Numbered from the stretch's first letter, positions 54,124 through 64,000 are shown. The stretch: 64,000 nt of DNA from Methanothrix sp. (GCA_040770465.1 JAXGJB010000002.1:1-64000); one strand, 5' to 3'. The notes: generated by a model not told the origin, from the letters alone. Made by a program: numbers and translations.

Positions 54124-54270
54124 GGCGCGGGGGGGGACGAGTTCCCCGCACCAACTTTCTCATTATTCCGAATCGAGGCCAACAAGAGATCTCGGAGAAG
54201 GAGAAATCCAATAAGAATAATCTTCGGCGTTAAAACCCACCATTAAAAACGCTGCAGGATGATCTCTTCT

Positions 54271-54732
54271 TCACCTAAGATCCCGTACCATCGGCACAGA
54301 CCGGATGTGATCCTCGGCCCGCTCAGCCCCAGCCTTCCGAAACCCGAGCTTCTCGTAGGTCGCGACGGCGTTCGGCGACGAGTTGACGGTGACTCGCGAG
54401 AGGTCCGGATTCCTCCTCTTAGAGATCGATAGACTCCGCCGCAACAGCTCGCTTCCTACCCCTTCGCCCTGGTGCTCGCCCTCCACGAAGAAGAGGGTGA
54501 CGTGGCCGTCCTCCCTCACTTCGATCATCCCCGCGATCTCGCCGTCGACGATGGCCAAGAGGACGAGATGGTTCCACCGCGATCGGAGCAGGAGGAGGTG
54601 GGGGTCGGCGTAGCTCTGAAACTCCCGACGCCCATCAGATGAGAACTGAGAGGCGACGAATCGGTCGAAGACCCGGAGGGCGAGGTCGCAGACCTTCGCC
54701 TCCTCGCCGACCCTCATCGGCCGAAACTCCAT
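54271..54732 (-). CDS. GNAT family acetyltransferase
   Basis: FFVEGEHQGEGVGSELL, VNSSPNAVATYEKLGF. Confidence 0.9.
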   Translation of the reverse strand: MEFRPMRVGEEAKVCDLALRVFDRFVASQFSSDGRREFQSYADPHLLLLRSRWNHLVLLAIVDGEIAGMIEVREDGHVTLFFVEGEHQGEGVGSELLRRSLSISKRRNPDLSRVTVNSSPNAVATYEKLGFRKAGAERAEDHIRSVPMVRDLR

Positions 54733-55734
54733 TCATCCGCCCCTGGACCGCTTCACCTTCCTCTCGTAGTAGCTGAGGGGATGGTTCACCCACCGGCAGA
54801 GCCGGTCCTCGCCGGGGCAGTTCCCGTAGGTGGCCATGGTGGCGCAGGATGGCGGCTTGTAGGCGGTCCCGCCCTTCCCCGCGATGTGCTCGACCTGGTA
54901 GCGGGTCTTCTCCTCGTCGAAGTCGGGGCTGGTGTTAAAGACGCCGACCACCTCGTCGACGGTCATCCCCACCGCCAGGAGGAAGGTGGTGAGGGCGAAC
55001 CGTGCGGTGTGGGCGAGGTTTCCTCCCGCCGCCACCGCGGCGAGAAAACCGCGTATGCATGGTGGGAAGGCGTCCTCGGTCACCTCGCCTAAGTCGACCT
55101 TCTCCTCCGCCCTCTTCGCCGAGAGCTCCTCCTCGATCCTATCGAGGTCTGGCCGGAGCTTCTCGCATATCGCCGGGGGGACGGGGAGGGGAAGGCCCCG
55201 CCCGACCCGATCCTTCGCCCTCTCCTCCAGAAGCCGGGCCAGCTCGTGACCGGTGAGGGCGACCCACCCCGCCTCCAGAGAGCGGTTGACCAGCTTCCAG
55301 CCGGGGCTGTGGAGCCTCGCGGCCCCTTTGAGGTAGTCGGAGAAGTAGACCCGCAGGCCGGCCTGGTCGGATTGAGGAAAAACGTCCAGGTCGCGGGCGA
55401 GCAAAATTAGATCTTGAAGGCTTTCTGTGCCCATCTTCCGGCTCGCGAGCTTCGCCTCGGCGAGGGCGTACCTCCTCGTCAACAGATCGTCGTTGAGGCA
55501 GGATACCATCACCCTCGCCAGGGGGTAGGAGAGAAGCTCTGCCAGGGGGTGGGCCCTCTCGTCGGAGATCTCCCCCCGGACGGCGCCGAGCACCCGCTCT
55601 GTGGCTCTCCTCTTCACGAGGCGGGCAAGCCTCGGCTGGGGGTTCGGCTCTTCCAGGAGCCCCTCCAGGGAGTAGCCGGTCTCCTCCACCCTGGCCGCCG
55701 CCTCGCGGGAGAAGGGGTAGTCTGAGAGGCTCAT
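54733..55734 (-). CDS. priL: DNA primase large subunit
   Basis: YPF, RYALAEAK, WKLVNR, FPPCI, HTARF, YKPPSCATM...C...C...HPL.YY. Confidence 0.93.
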   Translation of the reverse strand: MSLSDYPFSREAAARVEETGYSLEGLLEEPNPQPRLARLVKRRATERVLGAVRGEISDERAHPLAELLSYPLARVMVSCLNDDLLTRRYALAEAKLASRKMGTESLQDLILLARDLDVFPQSDQAGLRVYFSDYLKGAARLHSPGWKLVNRSLEAGWVALTGHELARLLEERAKDRVGRGLPLPVPPAICEKLRPDLDRIEEELSAKRAEEKVDLGEVTEDAFPPCIRGFLAAVAAGGNLAHTARFALTTFLLAVGMTVDEVVGVFNTSPDFDEEKTRYQVEHIAGKGGTAYKPPSCATMATYGNCPGEDRLCRWVNHPLSYYERKVKRSRGG

Positions 55735-56474
55735 TCCTGCTCGATTCTCGGAGCGAGAAGGTAGTTTATCTCGACCCCCTGGCCGAGCTTGAAGCTGATC
55801 CTCAGGGGATAGTCGACCCCCATCTCCAGCTTCACCTCCTGGGCTTTGCCGATCGCCTTGCTCATGTCGGCCAGGTAATCCAGAGAGAATAGGGATCTCG
55901 CCTTTCCGGGCTTGAGGCCCAGAAGCTCCGTTCCCGGCATCTTCAGCTTGAGGGAGTCGATGTCCCCCTTCGCCTCCATGTAGAACTGGTCCTCAGGATC
56001 GTCGGTGACGCCGAGGACGACGTGATCGGAGACCTTCTCCGCGGCCCTCACCGCCTTTCGGAGTTGTGCTCCGGGAAGGATCACGTGGGCCGGGAGGTCC
56101 AGCTCCGGCACCCGGGGCTCTTTTCTTATGGCGCTGGGGTCGATGAGGCTGAGGGTGTAGGATAGGGAGTTCACCCCTATCTTCAGCTTGTGGTTCTCCT
56201 CGTCCAGCTCGAGGGTGACGTTCTCGCCCCGGTCTGCCATGGAGAGGACGTCGGTGAGCCTCACCAGGTCGACGCCGATCTCGCCAGCGGTCGCCTTGAA
56301 GTACTCGAAGGCCTCGGCATTCAGCCGGAAGGAGACCATGGCCACGTTGGCGGGGTCCACAGCCTTCAGCTCAACGCCGTTCTCTGACAGGGTGAACTTC
56401 ACCTCGTCGACAAGAGACGATACCGCCTCCACAGCATCCCGCAGGGTTTCTGCGCTTATCACTGCCTTGAACAT
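55731..56474 (-). CDS. pcn: DNA sliding clamp PCNA
   Basis: AVDPANVAMV, LIDPSAIRKEP, SLFSLDYL, DYPL, YLLAPRIE. Confidence 0.97.
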   Translation of the reverse strand: MFKAVISAETLRDAVEAVSSLVDEVKFTLSENGVELKAVDPANVAMVSFRLNAEAFEYFKATAGEIGVDLVRLTDVLSMADRGENVTLELDEENHKLKIGVNSLSYTLSLIDPSAIRKEPRVPELDLPAHVILPGAQLRKAVRAAEKVSDHVVLGVTDDPEDQFYMEAKGDIDSLKLKMPGTELLGLKPGKARSLFSLDYLADMSKAIGKAQEVKLEMGVDYPLRISFKLGQGVEINYLLAPRIEQE

Positions 56475-56528
56475 CCTAGAGCCCCTCCATCGGAGAGATC
56501 AATTTTATCTTAAATATAGATTATCCCA

Positions 56529-56840
56529 TCAGTCGTACTCTCTCCAGGTGAAATTGCATTTCGTGCATCTGAAGAAGCGGACTTCACTCTCGTCGGCGGA
56601 TCGCAGCTGCCGCAGCCACCAGTAAGCGGTATCGTTCCCGCACTCGGGGCACTTGGACTTGGTGGTGGGAAGCCCCGCAGCCTCCGAATCCTCGATCACC
56701 GTCATGGTGCGCTCTTTCTGCTCGGTCTTGCTGACGAGGTTGTCGCTCTTCTTCATCTCAACCTTCTTGCCGCACCTTCTGCAGACCAGCACGCCCTCCG
56801 ACGGCACCATAATGCTCTTACAATCGGGACAAAACTCCAT
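56529..56840 (-). CDS. tfs: Transcription factor S
   Basis: FCPDC..CRRC; CPECG...QLRSADESEVRFFRCTKC..WREY. Confidence 0.93.
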   Translation of the reverse strand: MEFCPDCKSIMVPSEGVLVCRRCGKKVEMKKSDNLVSKTEQKERTMTVIEDSEAAGLPTTKSKCPECGNDTAYWWLRQLRSADESEVRFFRCTKCNFTWREYD

Positions 56841-56941
56841 CAGATGACGAGTACTCACTCGTCATATTAAAGTTTACCAGTTGAGTAAAGGTGTATGATG
56901 ATGAGGAGAGCCACCCGAGCGGCTCCAACTCTGAGGTGATC

Positions 56942-57598
56942 ATGAGCACTGCATTGAACGTAATCTGTGAGAACAGGCCCGGGGTGCTGCGGGACATAGC
57001 CGGGGTCGTCGCCAGCCTCGGCGGGAACATCGAGTACACCCAGCAGTTCGTCCTGGAACGGGGCGTGAACATCGGGAAGGCCACCGTCTACATGGAGATC
57101 GACCAGCTGGCCGCTGGGATGGTGGAGGACCTGGAGTCGCTCCCCTCGGTGATGGAGGTCTCCGTCCACCAGTCCTTCGAGAAGATCTACGGCTCCAGGG
57201 TGATCATCATCGGGGGCGGCGCCCAGGTCGCCCAGGCGGCCGTCGGGGCCGTCAACGAGGCCGACCGCCACAACCTCCGGGGGGAGAGGATCAGCGTCGA
57301 CACCATCCCCCTGGTGGGGGAAGACCCCATCGCCGACGCCGTCAACGCCGTGGGCCGTCTCCACCGGGCCTCGGTACTGGTCCTGGCTGGAGCCCTGATG
57401 GGCGGCAGGATCTCCGAAGAGGTCCAGAGGCTCCAGGAAGAGGGGATCCCGGTGATCGCCCTCAAGATGGCGGGATCGGTACCCAGCTACGCAGACCTGG
57501 TGGTGACCGACCCCATCCAGGCCGGGACCTTCGCGGTGATGCACGTCGCCAAGACCGCGATCTTCGACATAAAAAGGGTCCAAGGGATGGAGTTCTGA
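56942..57598 (+). CDS. ACT-domain protein (DUF5612/COG1707-like)
   Basis: ENRPGVLRDI; GGGAQVAQ, EADRHNLRGERISVDTIP, DPIQAG. Confidence 0.85.
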   Translation: MSTALNVICENRPGVLRDIAGVVASLGGNIEYTQQFVLERGVNIGKATVYMEIDQLAAGMVEDLESLPSVMEVSVHQSFEKIYGSRVIIIGGGAQVAQAAVGAVNEADRHNLRGERISVDTIPLVGEDPIADAVNAVGRLHRASVLVLAGALMGGRISEEVQRLQEEGIPVIALKMAGSVPSYADLVVTDPIQAGTFAVMHVAKTAIFDIKRVQGMEF

Positions 57599-57699
57599 GA
57601 TCGCTTGGAAAGGACGGATCGTGAGCTCGGATCGGCAGAGGCCCGGATCGGCACGAAGATGACGGTGGCGTCCGACGGCCGGATTCGGAGGCGGCGGGC

Positions 57700-57951
57700 T
57701 TATCCCCGGAGCCCCATCGCCTCAAGATCCCTGACGGCATCGCCGTCGAATAGCTCGTCCACGGTGTAAAAGTCGTCCCCGACCATCAGGACGGGGGCGC
57801 TGAGGGTGAAGACCCCGTTGACCCGAAGCTCCGTCAGGGCCTCCGCGGTGGCCATATCCACCGTCTCGAACTCGACCCCCCAGCCGTTAAGAACCCTCTT
57901 CACCTGCTCGCACCGGGGACAGTCGGATGTGGTGTAAACGACGTACTTCAA
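57700..57951 (-). CDS. Glutaredoxin/NrdH-like protein
   Basis: YTTSDCPRC, SAPVL; TTG start after GGGGTGAT. Confidence 0.85.
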   Translation of the reverse strand: MKYVVYTTSDCPRCEQVKRVLNGWGVEFETVDMATAEALTELRVNGVFTLSAPVLMVGDDFYTVDELFDGDAVRDLEAMGLRG

Positions 57952-58026
57952 AGGCAGATCACCCCTCAATATTCTTCTTATTTCCTCGCCCCATCGATTT
58001 CTCATTTCCTCGCCGAAGGGCGCGTT

Positions 58027-58362
58027 TCACCTCAGCACCATCGGATAGCCCTTCTCCGAACGGACGGCGTACCCCTCTTCGACGGCCCTGTCCGCGCAAT
58101 CCCGGCAGCATGAGAAGTTGGTGAGGTAGGTCACCCCTGCCATCTCGTGCTCGAAGATGTTGTTGCAGCTGAGCCCCATGATCCGTCGGCAGTCGAGGCC
58201 TCTGCAGAACTCGTGGTCGTCTGCCACCATCGGAAACTCGTCCTCAAACCAGATCTTCGGCAAAAGGACCGGGAGTATCGCCATGTCCATGCCGCATCCA
58301 CAGGGCCCGTAGGTGTCCTCGGGCCCGTCGTAGACGATGGCCCTCTCGATCTTATATTCCAT
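58027..58362 (-). CDS. Cys-rich hypothetical protein
   Basis: 111 aa, 8 Cys (CGC, CxxxxC, C, CCxxC); host-like codon usage. Confidence 0.7.
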   Translation of the reverse strand: MEYKIERAIVYDGPEDTYGPCGCGMDMAILPVLLPKIWFEDEFPMVADDHEFCRGLDCRRIMGLSCNNIFEHEMAGVTYLTNFSCCRDCADRAVEEGYAVRSEKGYPMVLR

Positions 58363-58765
58363 ATTCCGCCACCCCGAGCGGATCTCCCGCTCATCCGGAA
58401 AAGGGTCGCGAGACCTAAATAACCTTTCTCATCTTTAGGACGGATCGAGGATATCGTCAGCCCTAAAAAAGCCAGCCGGCACCGGAGGTCGGGCAGGACC
58501 TGACCGTCAACCCGTCAACCTACCATATCGGACGAGGTCTTCTCGCGATGAAAATAAAGTTTCATTGGTGGATTTTTGACATAAGATGCCTATATCTCCC
58601 TTTTTCTTCGATTATTCTGTATAATACTGCATTCGAGTTTACGAAAATTATATATAGTGACCTGTTGGACAACTCAGAGTCGATTAGGCTCTTTAGTCGG
58701 AGAATAAGCGGGTTAAATCCTTTTTCTGACTGTCAGAGCCGGATTTTGGGAGGAGAGGAGATCAA

Positions 58766-58999
58766 ATGGCGATACTTCCGGTGGCACCGGTCAGCAGGCT
58801 CATCCGCGAGGCGGGGGCGAAACGGGTAAGCGAGGGCGCGAGGGACGCCCTGGCAGAAATTTTGGAGAGCTACGGGATGGAGGTGGCCGAAGAGGCCGTC
58901 GAATGGGCAAACCACGCCAAGCGAAAGACGGTGAAGGCCGAGGACATCCGTGAGGCGGTCAAGAGGGTCCGGCCTCCTCGGGCGCCCGGAACCGACTGA
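58766..58999 (+). CDS. Archaeal histone (HMf-like) with short C-terminal extension
   Basis: LPVAPVSRLIREAGAKRVSEGA...AKRKTVKAEDI. Confidence 0.93.
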   Translation: MAILPVAPVSRLIREAGAKRVSEGARDALAEILESYGMEVAEEAVEWANHAKRKTVKAEDIREAVKRVRPPRAPGTD

Positions 59000-59039
59000 G
59001 GCAGATATTATTTAACCCTGGAGGTAAGGTCGTCTCTTC

Positions 59040-60932
59040 ATGCCTGAAAGCTTAGACTACGCCTCCCTGGGTCTGGTGTGCGGGATCGAGATCCATCAGC
59101 AGCTCGATACCGCAGCCAAGCTGTTTTGCGGCTGTCCTACGAGGATTAGAGACGCGGAGGAGTCGGACCATCAGTTCTTCAGGTACCTGCGACCGGCGCG
59201 AAGCGAGCTTGGCGAGATCGACAGGGCCGCCCTGGAAGAGGTTCTGGTCACCCGGAAGTTCATTTACAAATCGTATGATTCCACCTGCCTCGTTGAGGCG
59301 GACGAGGAGCCCCCTAGCGTTCTGAACCGCGAAGCTCTGGAGATCGGGCTGGTCGTCTCGCGGCTCCTCAATATGCAGATCGCAGACGAAGTTCACACCA
59401 TGAGGAAGATCGTCATCGACGGCTCCAACACCTCGGGGTTCCAGAGGACCGCCTACGTTGCCTCCCACGGCTCCATCGACACCTCCTGCGGCAAGGTGGG
59501 GATGGAGACGATCTGTCTTGAGGAGGAGGCGGCGAGGATCATCGACGACCGGGGCGATGAGGTCGTCTACTCCCTCGACCGGCTTGGGATACCCCTCGTC
59601 GAGATCTGTACGTCCCCCGACGTCGTCTCCCCCCATCACGCCCGGGAGGTGGCCCAGAGGCTCGGGATGATCCTCCGGTCCACCGGCAGGGTGAAGAGGG
59701 GCCTTGGGACGATCCGCCAGGACGTCAACGTCTCCATCAGAGACGGGGCGAGGGTCGAGATAAAGGGCGTCCAAGACCTGAACCTGATCGAGACGATCGT
59801 CGCGGTGGAGGCGAATAGGCAGCACCTCCTCCTGGAGATCAGAGATGAGCTTCTCGGTCGGAAAGCTCAGGTCTCGGACCGGGTGGCCGACGTCACCGAT
59901 ATCTTCGCTCCAACCGAGTCGAAGGTGATCAAGGCGGCTCTCAAGAGGGGTGGCGTCGTTCTGGCGGTGACCCTCGCGGGCTTTGCGGGGCTTGTGGGGA
60001 CGGAGATCCAGCCGGGACGGCGGCTCGGCTCTGAGATCTCAGACCGGGCCAAGAGGGCGGGGGTTGGCGGGATCTTCCACTCCGACGAGCTTCCCGCCTA
60101 CGGCATCACCCAGGAAGAGGTGGAGGCGGTTCGGGCCGAGCTTGGGGCCCGCGACGGTGACTGCGTGGCGATGGTGGCCGCCCCAAAGGATCGGGCCGAG
60201 GCGGCGATGAAGGCGGTCATCGATAGGGCGAAGGAGGCCCTGGTCGGGGTCCCCGAGGAGACGAGAAAGGCCCTACCCGAGGGGACGAGCGAGTACATGA
60301 GGCCCCTTCCGGGGTCCGCGCGGATGTACCCGGAGACGGACGTTCCGCCGGTGGTGGTGGCTCCAGAGTATGTTTCCTCCCTCGAACTGCCGGAGATCTT
60401 CGACGAGAGGGCGGCGCGGTTCGAGAAGGATTACGGGCTGAACCGCGAGTTTGCGGGGCTGATGGCCGCATCGCCAAACTACCAGCTCTTCGAGGATGCC
60501 GTGAGAGATCTCTCCCTTCCCCCGGCCCTGGTGGTGAGAACCATCGAGATGATACCCCGGGAGCTGGCTCGGGATGGGGTTGCGGTCTCGAACCTGACCG
60601 AAGATCGCTACCTGGGCGCCCTCTCCCTCCTCGCCGAGGAGGGTGTGGCCAAGGAGGGGATCCCTCAGCTCCTGGAGACGATGGCGATGAATCCGGGGCT
60701 CTCGGCATCGGAGGCCGCGAAGGCCGCGGGACTTTTGGGCGTCGACAAGACAGGCGTCGAAGAGGTAGTGGCCGGGATCGTCGCCGAGAAGGAGGCCTTC
60801 GTCAGAGAGAGGGGCGAGGCGGCCCTGGGACCCCTGATGGGCCTCGCCATGAAGGAGCTTCGGGGGAAGGCCGACGGAGCCCTGATCAGCGCGGTGCTGA
60901 AGCGAGAGATCGATCGGATTCTGGCGGATTAA
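59040..60932 (+). CDS. gatE: Glu-tRNA(Gln) amidotransferase subunit E
   Basis: GIEIHQQL, DEEPP, RKIVIDGSNTSGFQRT, LDRLGIPL, RPLPGSARMYPETD. Confidence 0.97.
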   Translation: MPESLDYASLGLVCGIEIHQQLDTAAKLFCGCPTRIRDAEESDHQFFRYLRPARSELGEIDRAALEEVLVTRKFIYKSYDSTCLVEADEEPPSVLNREALEIGLVVSRLLNMQIADEVHTMRKIVIDGSNTSGFQRTAYVASHGSIDTSCGKVGMETICLEEEAARIIDDRGDEVVYSLDRLGIPLVEICTSPDVVSPHHAREVAQRLGMILRSTGRVKRGLGTIRQDVNVSIRDGARVEIKGVQDLNLIETIVAVEANRQHLLLEIRDELLGRKAQVSDRVADVTDIFAPTESKVIKAALKRGGVVLAVTLAGFAGLVGTEIQPGRRLGSEISDRAKRAGVGGIFHSDELPAYGITQEEVEAVRAELGARDGDCVAMVAAPKDRAEAAMKAVIDRAKEALVGVPEETRKALPEGTSEYMRPLPGSARMYPETDVPPVVVAPEYVSSLELPEIFDERAARFEKDYGLNREFAGLMAASPNYQLFEDAVRDLSLPPALVVRTIEMIPRELARDGVAVSNLTEDRYLGALSLLAEEGVAKEGIPQLLETMAMNPGLSASEAAKAAGLLGVDKTGVEEVVAGIVAEKEAFVRERGEAALGPLMGLAMKELRGKADGALISAVLKREIDRILAD

Positions 60933-60944
60933 GTCCGCCAGAGT

Positions 60945-60970
60945 CTCCGAACTCGTCGTCGAGTTCGGGG
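60945..60970 (+). terminator. Stem-loop after gatE
   Basis: CCGAACTCG-TCGT-CGAGTTCGG, with a T-rich stretch shortly after. Confidence 0.5.
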
Positions 60971-61049
60971 CGGGGAACCTTATTTATTTCTGACCGGGCC
61001 AACTACTATTTTGTTTGAAGAGATCAGTAGGCCGTTGGAGGCTTGAGGT

Positions 61050-62177
61050 ATGAAACGGGAAATGCTTCTCTGGGACGAGACGATCTTCAAGGACCGGGAG
61101 GTCCTGGAGTTCGACCACCTGCCCGAGCACTTCTCTCACCGGGAGTCTCAGATGGAGTCCCTCAAGTTCTGCGTCCGCCCCGCCTTTGCGGGGGGCCGTC
61201 CCGTCAGCGCCCTCTGTCTCGGCCCCCCGGGGACCGGGAAGACGACGTCGATCTTCAAGCTCTTTTCCGAGATCGAGGCCCACTCCTCGAAGGTGGTCCC
61301 CGTCCACGTCAACTGCCAGATGGACCACACTCGACACGCCATATTCCTGCGGATCTACAGCAAGCTCCTCGGCCACTCGCCCCCGTCAAGCGGCGTCTCC
61401 TTCAAGAGGGTCCTGGAGAGGATCGCGAAGACCCTGGCCAAAGAGAACCGGGTCCTGGTGGTGGCCCTCGACGACGTCAACTACCTCTTCCCCGAGAAGG
61501 AGGTGGACCGGGTCCTCTACACCCTCCTCCGGGCTCACGAGACCTTCCCCGGTTTCCGGGCCGGGGTGATCGCCATCCTCAGCGAGCCGGCCTTAAACTA
61601 CGTCTTCGATCCGAGGGTGGGGTCGGTCTTCCAGGCCGAGGAGGTGAGCTTCCCCCTCTACTCGATCGGGGAGATACGAGACATCCTGAAACGACGGGCT
61701 GATCTGGGCTATTATCCCGGCGTCGTATCCGACGAGATCATCGATCTCGTCTCCGACCTCACCGAGCGGGCCGGGGACCTCCGGGTCGGGATCGACCTCT
61801 TAAAGAGGGCGGGGATGGAGGCGGAGAGGAGGGCCTCAAGGACGATATCAATAGAGGACGTCGAGAGGGCCTACGAGAGGTCGAGGCTCGTCCACCTCTC
61901 AAGCGCCCTCAAGCCCCTCCGGGATGACGAGCTTATCCTCCTCCGGCTCGCGGCGGAGATGGAGACCTCGAAGGCCGGAGATCTCTACGAGAAGTTCAAA
62001 GAAGCCACCGGCGCTGGCTACACCCGGTTTCACGAGATTCTGAACAAGCTGGACGCCGCAAGGCTCGTGGACACCGACTTCAGCGGACCGGGCCACCGGG
62101 GGAGGTCCAGGGTCGTCCGGATCAGGTACGACCCGAAAGAGGTGCTGGATAGGATAAAGCCGAAGGATAATCCATAG
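61050..62177 (+). CDS. cdc6: ORC1/Cdc6-type AAA+ protein
   Basis: Walker A GPPGTGKT, Walker B VVALDDVN, FPLYS..EI, GDLRVGI; winged-helix C-terminus. Confidence 0.9.
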   Translation: MKREMLLWDETIFKDREVLEFDHLPEHFSHRESQMESLKFCVRPAFAGGRPVSALCLGPPGTGKTTSIFKLFSEIEAHSSKVVPVHVNCQMDHTRHAIFLRIYSKLLGHSPPSSGVSFKRVLERIAKTLAKENRVLVVALDDVNYLFPEKEVDRVLYTLLRAHETFPGFRAGVIAILSEPALNYVFDPRVGSVFQAEEVSFPLYSIGEIRDILKRRADLGYYPGVVSDEIIDLVSDLTERAGDLRVGIDLLKRAGMEAERRASRTISIEDVERAYERSRLVHLSSALKPLRDDELILLRLAAEMETSKAGDLYEKFKEATGAGYTRFHEILNKLDAARLVDTDFSGPGHRGRSRVVRIRYDPKEVLDRIKPKDNP

Positions 62178-62301
62178 ACGGCGCTCCAGACCGCTGGAGT
62201 ATATAGGGTATATATTGTACGATTTGTAATTCGGAGTAATACCTTCTATTTATCCTATTGTGATTAATTTTATAATTGATACATGTAAGCAGGGGTATCT
62301 G

Positions 62302-63165
62302 ATGAATAGACAGTTACTCGCCTTTTTAGTCGCCGTTCTGGCGATAGGATCGATCCTGGTATTCTCAGGATGCGTCGACCAGAAGGAAGAGGGCGCGCCC
62401 GCTGTGGAAGCGGCTGCCGTCACCGTCGCCGGGTCCACCACGGTGATGCCCCTTGCCGAGGCCTCTGCTGAGGAGTTCAACAAAGTTCAGTCGGACGTCC
62501 GCGTCTCCGTCACCGGCGGAGGTTCCGGGGTTGGGATCAAGAACGTCGCCGAGGGGCTTGCGGATATCGCCATGGCCTCGCGGCAGGTGAAGCCCGAGGA
62601 GATCGCCGCCTACGGCGACAGGTTCGAGGAGTATCTCGTCGCCTACGACGCCATCGCCGTCGTCGTCAGCCAGCCGATCTATGAGGCAGGCGTCACCGAG
62701 CTGTCTCAGGATCAGGTGAGGGCGATCTACAGCGGCGAGGTCTCCAACTGGAAGGATCTGGGCGGCCCCGACGAGCCGATCTACGTGGCCGCTCGGGAGG
62801 TCGGCTCCGGGACGAGAGACACCTTCAACGAGATGGTTATGGGAAGCGTTGAGGCCGAGACCCTGGGGGTCACAACGTACCACGGCAGCAACGCCGAGGT
62901 GAAGACCGCCGTCACCAGCAGCGATAAGGCCATCGGTTACGTCGGGATGAACTACATCGAGGGCGGGGCCCTCCGGGCGGTGGCCTACGATGGGGTCATG
63001 CCATCAGCAGAGACGATAAAGGACGGTTCATACCCGCTATCGAGGTCTCTCAACTTCTATACCTTCGGCGATCCGGGCCCTGACGCCGAAACGTTCATCG
63101 AGTTCGTCCTGAGCGACGAAGGGCAGAAGATCGTTGAAGAATCCGGATTCGTCCCGATCTGGTGA
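62302..63165 (+). CDS. pstS: Phosphate ABC transporter binding lipoprotein
   Basis: Lipobox FSGC; AGSTTV, GGGSGVG, DIAMASR, REVGSGTR, YPLSR. Confidence 0.93.
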   Translation: MNRQLLAFLVAVLAIGSILVFSGCVDQKEEGAPAVEAAAVTVAGSTTVMPLAEASAEEFNKVQSDVRVSVTGGGSGVGIKNVAEGLADIAMASRQVKPEEIAAYGDRFEEYLVAYDAIAVVVSQPIYEAGVTELSQDQVRAIYSGEVSNWKDLGGPDEPIYVAAREVGSGTRDTFNEMVMGSVEAETLGVTTYHGSNAEVKTAVTSSDKAIGYVGMNYIEGGALRAVAYDGVMPSAETIKDGSYPLSRSLNFYTFGDPGPDAETFIEFVLSDEGQKIVEESGFVPIW

Positions 63166-63314
63166 AGCAGGAATAAGAAAGGATATCGAGTTGCTCCGGC
63201 ATTGAAGAGCCAGAGCAACTATTTTCTTCGAAATTCGGCGTGGTGGATATATAGCTGTACCTGCCCTATATAGAGAATATAGATAAGTGCTTTAAGCGAT
63301 GAAAGGACGGTCAG

Positions 63315-64000
63315 ATGAATAGCATGGCTCTTCCAGGGAAACGTGATCTTTGGCGGTCTCGGCGATACGGCGAAGGCGTTGTTGAATCCCTCCTCTTCTT
63401 CTCCGCCATCACCTCGATCTTGGCCATGGTCTTGATCTTTTACTTCCTCACCTTCGAGAGCTTCCTCGCCTTCAGGGAGGTGGGGATCTTCGATATGCTC
63501 CTGGGTCAGAAGTGGCACCCTGCTGGGGATATCTTCGGAATGGCTCCGATCATCGTCGGCTCGGTCCTCATCACCCTCGTCGCCCTCTTCATAAACATCC
63601 TGGTGGGCGTGCCCCTGGCGATCTACCTCTCGGAGCTGGCTGGTCCCTGGTCCCGGGAGCTTCTGAAGCCCTCCATCGAGCTTTTGGCCGGGGTTCCCTC
63701 CATCGTCTACGGATTTCTGGGGGTTCTGGTTCTGGTGGTCTACCTCGAGGGGAGCTTCGATATGTTGACGGGTCGGTCGATTCTGGCTGGAGCGATCCTC
63801 CTGGGGATCATGTTCATCCCGGCTCTGACGACTATATGTGAGGACGCCCTCAGGGCCGTCCCCAAGGAGTTCAAGGAGGGGTCTCTCGCCCTTGGAGCCA
63901 CCCACTGGCAGACGGTCCGGAATGTCACCCTCCCCGCCGCCTCCTCGGGGATCATCGCCGCCGTGATACTGAACGTGGGCAGGATCATCGGTGAGACGAT
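63315..64000 (+). CDS. pstC: Phosphate ABC transporter permease (3'-partial)
   Basis: Read manually: AIYLSE, LKPSIELLAGVPSIVYGF, EDALRAVP..FKEGSLALGATHWQT, GRIIGET. Confidence 0.92.
   Translation, partial: MNSMALPGKRDLWRSRRYGEGVVESLLFFSAITSILAMVLIFYFLTFESFLAFREVGIFDMLLGQKWHPAGDIFGMAPIIVGSVLITLVALFINILVGVPLAIYLSELAGPWSRELLKPSIELLAGVPSIVYGFLGVLVLVVYLEGSFDMLTGRSILAGAILLGIMFIPALTTICEDALRAVPKEFKEGSLALGATHWQTVRNVTLPAASSGIIAAVILNVGRIIGET

Noticed and set aside
58545-62260. Replication origin near cdc6
   Set aside because: No ORB repeats (TTCCAGTGGAAAC plus G-string) in flanking intergenic DNA; the one partial match lies inside the histone CDS

Overview
GC-rich archaeal chromosomal DNA from a methanogen. 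The gene content (fae, dmrX, split rpoB/rpoA, histone, gatE, TPR and DUF11 surface proteins) and coding style suggest Methanothrix/Methanosaeta, Methanosarcinales (inference). Most of the window is housekeeping: guaA/B subunits, hisA/hisB/hisS, Lhr, TBP, purN/purP, leuD/leuB, the rpoH-B''-B'-A'-A''-rpl30e-nusA-rps12-rps7 cluster, aroC, moeA, priL-pcn-tfs, histone, gatE, cdc6-like and pstS/pstC. There are two intron-containing tRNAs (Thr-CGU, Lys-UUU). No CRISPR array, transposase, integrase or rRNA is visible. Most notable: (1) an unannotated 30-codon ORF in an AT-rich island that reads as a signal peptide plus the hexapeptide IVVVKR, with its RBS inside an inverted repeat; (2) a HisB that keeps one face of its metal ligands and has lost the other; (3) a PRC-barrel/Thg1/bacterial-type Hfq/low-GC pentapeptide-TIR-like cluster; (4) five CBS genes ending in an Rnl3 RNA ligase; (5) a compositionally mosaic DUF11 surface gene preceded by a G-quadruplex motif. 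All calls are by eye from motifs; no searches were run.
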